DNA of 64,000 nt from Chlorokybus atmophyticus. Taxonomy: Eukaryota > Plantae > Mesostigma and Chlorokybus algae. The notes below the pieces were generated by a model that made no database searches, was not told the origin of the DNA, and saw only the letters and a list, made by a program, of their open reading frames with translations. The stretch lies in assembly GCA_009103225.1 (NCBI GenBank), contig RHPI01002823.1:62634-126633 (forward strand). The letters run 5' to 3'. Within the stretch, counting starts at the first letter, position 1. Every line of letters starts with the position of its first letter. The translations under genes and the position numbers were made by a program. Positions 23,365-35,484 of this stretch are shown piece by piece.

Positions 23365-25091
23365 ATGATGTCGGCGGCAGCATTTGAATCCCCCTCACCT
23401 AGGAGACCATGCTTGGTGTGCCCACAATGCAATGCGTACGTATGTGCCAATGGCCGTAGGCAGCAAATGCGATCACACTTGACCGGATGCCAGCGAGTGC
23501 AGACAGTGTGCCACGGTTTTAGTGCTGCTTGCTGGCATCACACCACACACAACGTCGACGTGTTTCGCTGCCGCCTCGGCCAAGTGCTGTGCAAGGAACC
23601 CGAGTTTTTCCATTGCGTGCAGTGCGTGTGCGAATCGTGCTCGCGCTCATGCTTCGAGTGGCGAGGGGAACCCATGCGCTTCCTCACATGGACAACACCG
23701 GGACATGTGGTTAGTGGACAGGTGGTGGATGCTGTGAAATTAATTCGGCAGAGTGGACCGCGACGTATCACTGCATGTTATGTTGGGCGTATGCTTATTT
23801 CATGCATGTTGAAGCTGTTGTCGCATTTGGAGCAGTCTTCCACGGTGTGGGCGTGGGCAGTTCCATCCCCTGGCCGCTGTAGAGGAGGCAAACCATCGAC
23901 CATTGGACAGCGCACTGCATCGGCTGCGGAACGTAGTTAAGTTGGGATGCGAGCAGCTGATCGGTGTGAGTGTCATGGTGCATTGGCCGCTAGATGGGGA
24001 ATGGTATGCGCGCGTTGTGGAATCATTCAAGCAAGCGTCAGGTCAGCATCGCTTCGTGGCGTGCGAAATTGAGGACACATCATATATGCATGGTGCAATG
24101 GAAAATGTCTTTGCTGGGCAGCACCGTATAGTGTTCGATGATGGAATCGACCACAAACCATCAACTTCAAAGGGCACAACGTATTCGCGTACACATCAGT
24201 TGACGGGGCACGCCATGTTCTGCGCGCCGGAGGGGAGAACGTCAGTCGCAAAGCAAGCCCGGACGGCATCATTGTTAGTCCCTGGCCAGCACCACGGCCA
24301 GCCTTGACCACATACACGCCATTTAACAACAAGCTTGGACGCACACGCAGACCAAGGGCATTCGACCTATTCTGCGGCGGTGGCGGTGCCAGTGTCCGTC
24401 TATACCACGCAGGCTTTGACGTGACCGGGATGGACATAAGTCCCTCCTCTGAGTACCCGCTGCCCTTCATACACCGCGATGTATGCACCCTGAGTGCAGG
24501 AGAGCTGAGCGAGTACGAGCTCATTTGGGCCAGTCCACCATGCCAGGTCTATCCAGGTGCTATCCCGGCACCTCAACTGGCGGAACATGACACATCCTGG
24601 AGACACCAGGATATGATACCGCTCGTCAAACGTCTGCTGCTTGCAAGCCAGGTCAAGTTTGTAATTTAGAATGTGCCAGGAGCAGCTTCCTCATTCAGAC
24701 CCAATCTGTCCCTTTGTGGCACGATGTTTGGCCTATCAACTTTCCGACACCGTCTGTTGAGACACAGCCAATGGTAGCTACCCCATCAGCACGCTGCTCG
24801 TACGTGGGCAAGGCAGTTGGACTGCTATTGCCGCACCTGTCCGCTAGCGCGAAGAAGACAATCGTGACATCAAACGCGCCACAGCAGATGTACCCAGTCT
24901 ATGGCCTTCCAAGCACCAGGGGCGGCATTGCTGCGTGGTAAGCAGCGCTGGGAGTGCCATGGATGACCTCGGCCATTTCCATAGCGAATGCAGTTCCTCC
25001 CGCAATGGCGGAGTGTATAGGGCGTCTCATGCTTGAAACAATGGATATGCGCTGTGACTACCCTCCTGTGTCATGGAATTATGAGGCTTGA
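23365..25091 (+). pseudogene. Transposon gene C: Cys-rich/zinc-finger segment, Tudor-like domain and C5 cytosine DNA methyltransferase
   Basis: Tudor-like LIGVSVMVHWPLDGEWYARVVESFKQASGQHR..IVFDDG (about 23951-24146). MTase motif I DLFCGGGG (about 24364), motif IV WASPPCQ (about 24526), motif VI ENV mutated to *NV (TAG 24667-24669), LCGTMFGL..RHRL, a frameshift near 24758, W*AALGVPWMT..NAVPPAMAECIG. Linkage of the upstream Cys-rich part is uncertain. Confidence 0.85.
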
Positions 25092-25294
25092 GTGTGGTGC
25101 ACTGTATTAATGCTTAATGCCACACGGCGGACTGATTGTTTAATGTTGTATGGCACATTCGATTGTGGTGACAGCTGTGCAGTAACAGCTGCCCGGTATT
25201 GTACACGTCCACATGCAAACGTCTTAGCATACGATTAGCAATGCCTAACTGACTGATATGCTCCAAACTCAGAGTAAGGAGACAAGTACATGTG

Positions 25295-28200
25295 TCACGT
25301 GGAAGTGCAGTCAACGTTCACCCGATACTTGCCCTCTTGTACACGGACGCTGTCCTTGTCGAACATGAGGAGCAGCTAGACAACGCCTTTTACTTGCTTC
25401 AGAGTCACGACATCGAGATGTGGACCGCCTCGACGCTTTTCCCATTCTAGAGCAATGCACAGAGTGTCGCTCGTCACATCCAGCTTCGTGTACCAGCGAA
25501 CAAACACGACCTCCTTCCACACGCGCTCGCCGCTACCACCCCACACCACCACGCGCAGAAAAAGGAGTGCCTGAGCCCACCACATCACGTTTACACCGTC
25601 CTCATCACCTTCCAACTCAAGTGTAGAGAAGCAAGGCCGCCCATGGAACATCCTAGTTGCGCGCGCCATGCTGACTCCTGATGTCATGTACATCGCTGCG
25701 CCTCTGTTCACCACGCGAACAGCACGCCACCCGTCGGCCAACTCCAGTTGTTCCCTCCTCAACCAGCTGTCCAGGGTTGCAGGCAGCTTGTCGGCAAATG
25801 GAGTCTTCAAGATGACTTGGCGGCTACGCGCAGATCCGCTCCAGTACGGGCTGAACTCCCTCCTTGTCAGCACATCCATCCGTAGCAACTTGTCCGTCTT
25901 CTCCATGTCATTACTGCATTGCTGCCGCGCCTGCGCCATGACCGAGCGCATCTCGGGATCCACGATCATGCCATCCTCTCTCACATATTCCGCACAGCTT
26001 CATGCCTTCAGGATATGTGCCTGGTAGTCCCGGTTGTTGCCACCACGCGCCCATCGATTGATATTTTGGGCGTGCGTCTGCTCCATGCGGTTGGCGCTGA
26101 ACCAAACTGGGTGTCCACTGCTGACAATTGCCGGCCCAAAATGAGTGAGCTGATGCATCTTCTTGATCTTCCAATCTGACTTCTGTGCAGAATATGACAA
26201 CAGTAGCGGATGCAACACTGCAGCTTTGAAGGCAGCCAGCTCGTTGTCGGCTGTGGTCAGGGTCTCTCTTGTGTGTTTATGCGCCTTGAGCAACTTCTTG
26301 TTCCACTGAGCAAGCGATGCGGCAGCAATGGTGAAGAAATCGTTGCCCTCACTGTCGAGCAGCAAACCGTCTGCGAGGACCGGCAGCAGCTGCAGCACCG
26401 CCACTTTCTCCACCACTTGAAAGGAGTGGTCGGACAGAAAGATATCTACTGTGCTTGTGGGTGCCTTGAATTGCGAAACCCGGAGAGTCGCCTTGCATGC
26501 ATTCAGCCTGTGCACATCTGCTTGTGAGCACGTGTCGTTGGCTTTTGTGTTCAACACAAAAGCAACACCAAAGACGTGCCTGGCCTGCAGAATCTGTCTC
26601 GTGGATGGACGCATTCGTTCTTTCGCGGCGTCGTACACAACAGCAAGCAGGTGGTCAATAATGCCTCCCAGCACATGCATTGCGTCAGGGGCAAGACGAG
26701 AGTAGCAGTCAGCTCCCGGCACAGCTCCCGCGACTGTCGCCAAACCACATTGCCTGGTTTCACGGAAAGCCATTCATCCTCACGAATGCCGATAATTTGA
26801 CCATTACCTCCTCGACATGCATGGAGTGCTGCTCTTGAAAAGCCTTGGCTGTCTGACGTGCATTCCTAACACCGCTATGCAGGTCCGCCCGCAGCTGACG
26901 TATTGCTGGTGTGTAGAAGGCCTCGGTTCTCAATTCCCGGTCCTCATCCATCTCCAACAGATCTAATTTGGTGACGAGACAAACATTGCAAGGATGTCGT
27001 GTTTGGTTGCCCGACACAGTGCGTGCGAGTGTGGCAGTCTTCTACAACATGACAAACTCAGATGTTCTACTGACAACATCCTCCATGCACTGTTTGTTGG
27101 CAGGCTGCATCCGGTTACAACCATTCATGCCCACTACCTGCAAATCGCTGATGTAGTTGGCAAGCGCGGGAAACACACGATGCTCGATGCCATTCGGGTC
27201 GATGAGCTGCAGACCTTCCCAACTCGCCCGCTTCACATCCCCTGACACTACATTCAAAGCGTCATGAAAAATCTTACGTTTCCGAATGGAGAACGATTCC
27301 TTGCCCTGCGCCCAGGTGGGATGCCCGGCCACTGCGTGAACCACCGGCAGAAGCGCTATCATAACAACCCCCTTAGTTGCTGGCATACATGTCCCAACTG
27401 TAGTTGGCAAGCGATGCCATCAGAGGGTAGGCAGAGCGCTTGCCCGCGCTGTCCATAATTCTTCTCACTGTACAGAATGGCAGGCGCCAAGTAGGACGCT
27501 TCCCCCACCTCTGCTCAAAACCACCTCCACTTCCTTCCACCAATCGCACGTGGAAGAATGGCCAAAGCTGTGCTCGTCATCAATGTACTGGATATTGAAG
27601 CCATTGGCGGCATGTGGATTGCCATACAACCGCGCGAGCCATACCTGCTCCGACCAAGAGCATTACTTACTATGCTGGCCTCAGAATAGATACTGCATCG
27701 ATACTGCATTAGGTACTGCATTTCACAGACCTTGGCCGGCATATATGTGACGCTGATGTCCTGATCCTCAGGGTCTTCAGGCTTGCGCAGATCAGCCGTC
27801 ACGTAGTTCTCATACGGCAGCACACTCGCATGTGCATATGTGACATGGCTCTGATGGTTGAAGCACATGCACCGCACACCGTGAACACACCTCAGATGGA
27901 GAGAAAGCAATTGTGGTCCGGAGGTAGCTGGCCACATGTACACCGGTCTCCCACTGGAGCTCTTCCGTCAGAAAGTGTGCATTTCGGATGCACTTGATGA
28001 TCCGCCCCATGTCGGAGGCCGACATGCCTTGGCCGTTGTTGCACTCCACGAATGCCACTGCAAGAGCATGCTCCGAGCCATACCACTTAGAATTCGACGC
28101 GTGCGAAGGGACGCCTCCACTTCCATGTTGGCGTGCCACAGGTTTCTCAGGCACACGCACACATCAAAAGCCCTCGTTCACTTCCTCCTCCTCCTGTTGC

Positions 28201-28480
28201 TGCTGTGCGTGTGTCTTCTAGAGGAATCCTTTAGCATCAAGCATGTGCGCATCCTGGATCGAACTCCCCGATTCAACATGACCCGCATCGTACTGTAATG
28301 GACGCTGGCCGACATACAGCTTGATCTGCTTGCACACCCTGCTGCTAATAATGTGCGTGTAGACCGAGCTGCGTGTGGCGAAGCGCATGTGGCAATACGG
28401 ACAAAGGACTCCCATATCTCACTACTAACGTCGACACATGTGTCGCCAATGTAACCTGCATCATATCCAACAACACGCAC
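25295..28480 (-). pseudogene. Plavaka-type transposase with an N-terminal C2H2-like finger, disrupted by stops and frameshifts
   Basis: CPYCHMRFATRSSVYTH; YPLMASLAN; GVVMIALLP; IFHDAL..DPNGIEHRVFPALANYISD; CNVC; PDAMH; WKIKKMHQLTH..G..MEQTH..N.RDY; RATRMFHGRP.FS; WAQALLF; VFVRWY; VV*LLLMF..YRVN. These motifs are recalled from Plavaka transposases. Confidence 0.85.
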
Positions 28481-28499
28481 ACCCGCCGCCGCCGCCGCC

Positions 28500-28945
28500 N
28501 NNNNNNNNNNNNNNNNNNNNNNNNNNNNNNNNNNNNNNNNNNNNNNNNNNNNNNNNNNNNNNNNNNNNNNNNNNNNNNNNNNNNNNNNNNNNNNNNNNNN
28601 NNNNNNNNNNNNNNNNNNNNNNNNNNNNNNNNNNNNNNNNNNNNNNNNNNNNNNNNNNNNNNNNNNNNNNNNNNNNNNNNNNNNNNNNNNNNNNNNNNNN
28701 NNNNNNNNNNNNNNNNNNNNNNNNNNNNNNNNNNNNNNNNNNNNNNNNNNNNNNNNNNNNNNNNNNNNNNNNNNNNNNNNNNNNNNNNNNNNNNNNNNNN
28801 NNNNNNNNNNNNNNNNNNNNNNNNNNNNNNNNNNNNNNNNNNNNNNNNNNNNNNNNNNNNNNNNNNNNNNNNNNNNNNNNNNNNNNNNNNNNNNNNNNNN
28901 NNNNNNNNNNNNNNNNNNNNNNNNNNNNNNNNNNNNNNNNNNNNN
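28500..28945. other. Assembly gap inside the transposon
   Basis: N run, flanked by (GCC)n and (AT)n. Confidence 1.
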
Positions 28946-28984
28946 ATATATATATATATATATATATATACTGATTGAACCGTT

Positions 28985-29070
28985 TCAATGGTACGATGCT
29001 GCCTTTGCTAAAAGGTACCATTGAAATGGTACCTTTGTACAGTGGCAATGGCAGTTCGTACCATTGACAA
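28985..29070. promoter_or_regulatory. GTAC cluster with a 26-bp palindrome between the transposase and gene E
   Basis: AAAGGTACCATT-GA-AATGGTACCTTT (29011-29036) and five GTAC sites within about 80 bp. Confidence 0.45.
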
Positions 29071-29225
29071 CTCTGGCAATGTCAGCCCCCCTGCGCATGA
29101 AAATACTATTGATAGCTCCGCCAAGCTATGCCCTTACAGGGGCGTGCTGCCGAGGGTATGTGGCGTTTGGAGGATCGTTGGCGGCGCTGTCAGGGGCGTA
29201 GTGGGCATTGTGGTCGAGGTCCGGG

Positions 29226-30077
29226 ATGAATTCCATGTTCGCACAGGGCGGGCAGGGTGCCGAAGGGGTGTCCTCGGTGTCAAACCCCACCATGCCTACC
29301 AAGGGCACAGCCAATGACAACAGTGACTCGGGCGATATCTTACAGGGCTCCCCCTCTGAGTGGGCAAAGGCACACCACAATACTGCCTCTAAGAAAATCC
29401 GACCCACCAGCAGCTGCGACCACGGCGACATGATTAAAGGGACCAAACAAGACTGGCATAACCAAGGTGGGTTACGATGCACTGTCAATGCCACATGCTA
29501 GGGTTCTTTTATCTTGCACATGCACAGCCTCAAGTATCTTGCACTTGACATACACTGTCAATACCACATGCACACATGCACAACCTCCAGTGTCATGCAC
29601 ATGAACAGCATGACCAATCTCGCAAATGCACAGCCTATTTCTACTTGCGGGAGCTTACAAGTCGCAAAAGAGAAGCTGCGGAGTACCACGAACGGGTAAT
29701 CCATGACCTAGTTTAATGTTTCCAGCGGTAAGTAAGCAGTATGCTTGCAGATTGCCATGTTGGTCAGAGTGAACCGAGAGCAGCGCGGCAGGCTGACTGT
29801 CTGCCTGGCGGAGTGCAACAAAGCGGAAGACGAGGTAAGCATGTGTATGCTGATGGGCTAGTCCTCTGGCAGCACGCCACTCTTACAGCATTACCAAATG
29901 CAGGTGGTCACTCTCAAAGCGACCATCAAGCGCATGCGCGTGCACGGCAAGGCGCTGACATTCAAGCTGAAAGACGAAGTAGCCGCTGTACTATCAGCGA
30001 GCGAGGCAGTGGATGAAGATGACTCCGGCGTTGAAGCAGAAGACTTGTTGGAGGAGGAACAAGAGGAGGGGGTTTGA
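29226..30077 (+). pseudogene. Transposon gene E (unknown, acidic C-terminus)
   Basis: Exon-like segments MNSMFAQGGQG.., IAMLVRVNREQRGRLTVCLAECNKAEDE and VVTLKATIKRMRVHGKALTFKLKDEVAAVL..EEEQEEGV*, with GT-AG introns and stops in the middle segment. Confidence 0.45.
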
Positions 30078-31543
30078 GGAGGAGTTTTGAGGCAGGCACC
30101 ACGGGTTGACAAGCTGCGCACGAGTCCAACAGCTAGACTCAATGTTATAGGGTAGTTTCATGCGCAAGTCGGCTGCTTTGTTGCAAGTGGACATACTCTC
30201 ACCACTGCCGGTACATTGTATATATTGTGGGCTTATCGGTGCAAGACCAAACAATCAGTTCAAGGTTTGTACAAGCTGCATGGCATGTTAGTGTTGGCTT
30301 ACGGCAAGAATTGCCAACTTTTGTCAAACGGCAAGGGTCACATATTAACAGCAGTGTAACGGCAAAGAAACTGCCGGCTATTGCTATCAGCTGTTCGTAA
30401 CTACCGGCTAACGGCCGTCTGTGCACATCGACCAAAGGGTAACTAATTGACAACTCTCGGCCGGTTAATGCCATTGACAACCACTTTCGGCCCGCGGCCG
30501 TCTGCGTCAGTCCACTTAAGCCAACGGCAAACCCAACAGTCCAAAAGTAATATTTCAGGCAGCGATAGGCAGGCTCAGGCAGGCTCAGGCACCAGTCAGT
30601 CCCTTGGTCCTTAGTCAGTCACCGTGTACAATTTGCGACAAACTAAGCATTTTTCCTCTTGAATCCCTTTAGCATTTGCCTGATGCTTCAGTATTGTACT
30701 ACTATGAATTGTTCGTTTTAAAATTATCAATTACAAACCCAAACCGGACTCTTTACTACATGTTCCGGTTCCAAACATTGCTTACATAAGACATTGCAAA
30801 TTATTGATATCATGATGCTGTGATAGTAAATGGACGAGATAAATGGTAAGAGCTCGACGCAGGGCGCGCATGAACAGTTTGCGTCTCTTTAGTGTTCGCA
30901 ACCGCACACTGTGAAGAGAGTGCGCATTCTGCACCATTCAACAGCAAATACGGTAATGTTCCGAGTTGTTCGTAACGCGCGCCGGACAAATATGTAAGAT
31001 GTTTTCCGTAAAAACCCCATGAAACTATGCATCTTTATACACATGGAATGCATAGTTGCTGCCGCCGAGTAGGGGGGGTTTATATATATCCGTTAATTGC
31101 CTTGCATAGTTGTTTATTTAACGAACAGTTCGTGGCACTACGGCACTAAATATGCTCACGGCGTCAACATAGCCCAGACTCTCACGCAACACTCGAGGAT
31201 CCTAACATATGTCATGAACCGACGGTTACCGGCCGTTTCGATTCTGTCCGGAACGACCACCCCCCTAGGCTATGGACGCGCGTTGCGCCACCCGCTTGCT
31301 CACGGCGCCGGGGCAGCAGCGATGCCACCCCTAGCCGCCTTCAGTAAGTATCACCGAGACTACTAGAGTGAGAAGTCTGGTAGACCCGCGCTTTGCCGCA
31401 GCTGCTGTTTGTCTGTTTGGCTGCATTGGCTTCATTGCCGGTATTGTCCTCGTCGTCCTCGTCGTCGTCGTCGGCGGCGGCGGCAGAGCCAGAGCCGAGG
31501 CCTGTGACGCTTGCATTGTCTCTCTGCCCCACCCCCTCCAGCC

Positions 31544-34464
31544 ATGGCGAAGTCATTGTTCTTAGTGTTGGCTTCCGTGGTGCTGCTGGTGGTCGCCCCC
31601 CACGCCGTCCTCCTCGTCCGTGCCCTTGACAACGGCGTGGCGCTGACGCCCCCGATGGGATTCAACACGTGGAACGCGTTCAGGTGCAACGTCAGCGAGG
31701 AGCTCGTCAAACAGGTGCGTCAGCAGCGAAGAGGAGGAGGAGTTGCTTGTCATTGTGTCAACGCTTTGCATGCTGTCGAGAATGGTTGCAAAGCAGTGAG
31801 TGAGCTGCGTAGTTGTTGGGTGGAGAAGGCTACATCAACTGTGCAGTAATGCGTGATCAACAACTGTGCACACAAACAGTGGGAACTGTTATCCTGTTGT
31901 GTTGACATGGTGTCTCGCACATGCAGATGGCTGACGCTGTGGTGGACAACGGCCTGCGCGAGCTGGGATGGGAGTACATCAACGTGAGTGATCGTCGACT
32001 GCTTGCATTGTGTGTTGACGAGTTGGCACTGCGTCTCGCACTGCGTTCGTGGCAACGTGACCTTGCTCATGACAAGCTCTCTAAGTACGCGTTGCATTTG
32101 TGGGTGCAGATCGATGACTGCTGGCACGGATCCCGTGACGAGAACGGTTACATCCAGCCCAATTCTACACGCTTCCCCAGCGGCATCAAGGCAAGCATGC
32201 ACACTTGTGGGCGTGCGCGTGCGTGCGTGCGCACGTGCATGCTGCCATGTGTGTCTACGGGTGTGCGTGCAAGCGCGCGATGAACAATACGTGTGTGCGC
32301 GCATGCCTGTGCATGCCCACACGCCCACAATCAAAGGCAGTAATACGTGCCCACGTGAACATGCACGTGCACATGCACGTGCACATTGACACGTGTTTTA
32401 CAAGTGCACGTGCGTCTTGATGTGCGTGCGCGCGCCATCGTGTAGGTGAGTGTGTCCATGCGCCCAGAGTCATGTTTCTGTCATCATGCGTGCGCACCTT
32501 GATATAGGTCTGCGTTGTGCGTGCACGTGTACGTACATACGCGTGAATGTGTCCGACCCTAACCTTTCCCCTACAGGCCCTCGCCGACTACGTCCACTCT
32601 CTCGGTCTCAAGCTCGGCATCTACTCCGACGCCGGCGACTTGACCTGCGCTCGCTACCCCGGCAGTTACGGTTACGAGGCCAAGGACGCGGAGCAGTACG
32701 CGAAGTGGGAGGTGGATTACCTCAAGTATGACTGGTGTTATATGGAGGATAGACACCCGGAGGAGCAGCCGCGACAGGCGTATGCGAGGATGAGAGACGC
32801 GCTGAATGCCACGGGGAGACCGATCGTGTTCTCGCTGTGCTCGTGGGGTAGAGGAAGGTCACATGTGTGGGGAAAAGATGTTGGTGAGTTAGAGAGCAAG
32901 ACACATACACATGCGCGCGCACACACATGCAAATGTACACGCACACGCATATGCACACACATACGCACACGCATGCATGCACGCAGATGCGCATACACAT
33001 ACGCACACGCATGCATGCACGCAGATGCGCATACACACGCGCACGCACACCACCGCAACGACAACACTTTGGACAGCAACAATCATGGTGACAGCATCTC
33101 TTTGTGTTGTGTTGTGCAGGCAACTTGTGGCGTACCACGCCGGACCTGTTTCAGGCGTGGGATTTCGCTCACCAGACTGCCGCGGGCGTGCCTCCCGGCT
33201 ACACGTCCATTATGGAGGCGGTGACCGTCCAGGCCGACTACTGGAAGAACGCTGGCCCGGGGTGAGTAGTTGTATGTGGGTATGTGTGTGCATAGGGTGA
33301 GTGTTGGTAAACTGACAATATGCTACTTGTACATGTATGTGCGCGCAGGTCATGGAATGACCCCGACATGCTTGTGGTGGGTCTGCCTGGCATGACACTG
33401 GTTGAGGCAGACAACACAACCCAAGAGACATACGGCGGTTAGTGTTGTTGTTCTTGTTGTTGTTGTCATGTTTGGCAATGGTGTTGAAGGTAATAACTAG
33501 TACCAATCGTTGGGTGTGTGCAGGCTTGACATTGACTGAGCAGCGCACGCACTTTGCTCTCTGGTGCATGCTCGCCAGCCCTCTGCTGGCTGGCAATGAC
33601 CTTCGCAACCTCTCTGCCGAGACACTCGCGATCTACAAAGCTGTTGAGGTGCGTGCCTGCTCCTCTCTGTGCCTGCGCACATGTGGCCATGAATTCAAAA
33701 TGTATAAGTATACAATGCGCATGTGCCCTTGCGAGTGTGAGTGTATTTGCATGCCTAAGTGTGTATTCGTGCTCTGTCGTGTGCATGTGCATGTGCATGT
33801 GTGTGTGTGTGTGAGTGTGTGTGTGTGCGACTGTGCACACATGCGCAGACAGTTGTCTATGCACTTGCAAATGTGGACACATCTACACGGAACCCCTCAT
33901 GTTTGCACTTGCGTGTGCGCGTATGCGCACTCCATGCTCGTGTATGCAGCACGAGTCTGACCCCTGTGTCATGACCTGCAGATGATTGCGGTAAACCAGG
34001 ACCCCTTAGGCATCCCCGCCCAGAAAGTGTGGGAGGACCGCACCCGTCAAATCTGGCGTCGTCCCCTCGTCAACAACTCCTACGCCTTCCTCCTCCTCAA
34101 CACGGGCGACACTCCCACCTCCATCCCCGTCGTGTGGGCCCGCGACTCGCCTCTACTCCAGCCCAACTTGCGCGCGGAGGTGAGGGACTTGTGGAAGAGG
34201 GAGGACTTGGGTACGTGGGACGGGTCTTGGATGGCGGAGAGGGTGGAGGCGCACGAGGCGGTGGTGATTGGGGTGAGGTTTGTTGGGAGTGGTGGGGAGG
34301 AGGGAGAGGGGGAGGAGGGTAGTAAGGTGTTGGTGTGGTTGGGGACGGCGAATCTCGGGTTGATGGTGGCGATGTTGGGGGTGTATCTGTACACGCAGTA
34401 TGCGGAGGACAGATACGGCAACAACAACAACAAGTACAAGCCGCTGAGCGCCAGAGACTCCTGA
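31544..34464 (+). CDS. AGAL: Alpha-galactosidase (GH27) with a signal peptide and C-terminal transmembrane helix
   Basis: LDNGVALTPPMGFNTWN, IDDCW, RFPSGIK/ALADYVHSLGLKLGIYSDAG, WEVDYLKYDWC, LNATGRPIVFSLCSWG, GPG/SWNDPDML, HFALWCMLASPLLAGNDLR, IAVNQDPLG. Confidence 0.95.
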
Positions 34465-35484
34465 AGAGTGTCGGAGGGTTGTAGTGTAGTTGTGGCGCAC
34501 CTGCTGGATGTGTAGGTGCTTCAGTGAGTCGTCTGCATCGCAGTATGATACGGAGGAGCAAGTTGGACATTGTCGTGTTGTGTGTAACATTTGATTGGTT
34601 CTTCTTTCGGAGCCATTGGATAGGCTAGAGCTGCACAGGCCATTTTGTAGGTTAGGGACCGGAAGCTGGACCCCACCCCTGTATTCTTGTTGAGTGCATT
34701 GATAATAGCACCATTGCCGCTGTTGTCACTCCCTGTACAACAGTCTTGGTGTTCCTATGTTCCAACGACAATGCGTTCTCCATCTCGATCTGTGTGAACG
34801 TGTGCATGTTGCTGCGTAGGTTGCATTCGTAACACACGCACAATAGAGTACGCAGCAAACCCGTTGGCATCGCGCATTCTCATCTGCATTGTATGGCAGA
34901 TACAACGGTTTGTGAGCACGGCGTGCTTTGCGCTTGTCATAGCCACTACTTGCCCTCTCGTTTTGTACTGGACTGCCATCCGCTCGCATGTCATTGGCAG
35001 CACTAACATGTGCCTTGTTGTATCATTCAACTGCTGAAACAACGCTGTGGCAGGTTGCTCTTATGAACAAAAAAACCACACTCTACTGCGAAAGGCTGTA
35101 GCGCATGCATGGCACCGATCAGCTGAGACTGTATCATATACAGACACAACTTCTGACAAATGTGCCCACAGTGCTACTGCCTGTCCATGACAAGGGGATG
35201 ACATGGCCACCGTCTGAAGTGGGATGAGTGCGTTGCTGTCTGATTTAGCCAGCAATGCATGATACCTAATACTATTGAACTAACTACTGGTGACCAACTA
35301 GTAGCAGTCCACAAAGGAAATAGCATGCACAGGCATCCGATCAATCCCAGCCACCCCCCGCCAATTGTTGAATAACAACGCATCACCCAGAATGTCCACA
35401 ATTGTAGGAAAACAAGCAAAACAGCAACCATAACAACAACCGTTCCCTTCCCCGCGCACAAACCCACCATAGCCCTCTCCTCCC

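Larger units (their letters stand above)
15755..30640. mobile_element. Large decayed cut-and-paste DNA transposon, Plavaka-type (CMC-related), about 14.9 kb with five genes
   Basis: Left end TGTCGCAA (15755-15762) and right end TTGCGACA (30633-30640) are inverted. Both ends are homologous to the termini of the 44608-46176 element, and the left about 2 kb recurs at 61999-64000. It contains a Plavaka-like transposase and spans the 28500-28945 gap, so the two ends could come from different copies. Confidence 0.85.

Noticed and set aside
24304-24669. Active methyltransferase in this copy
   Set aside because: The motif VI Glu codon is TAG, with a frameshift and a further stop downstream.
15750-30645. 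Target-site duplication for the large element
   Set aside because: Flanks are ..ACAT and AACT.. with no exact 2-8-bp match; decay or a chimeric join across the gap could explain this.
31321-31565. Spliced upstream ORF (MPPLAAF/NPRFAAAAVCLFG..) overlapping the alpha-galactosidase start
   Set aside because: Low-complexity, no recognisable homology and a speculative intron; needs transcript data.
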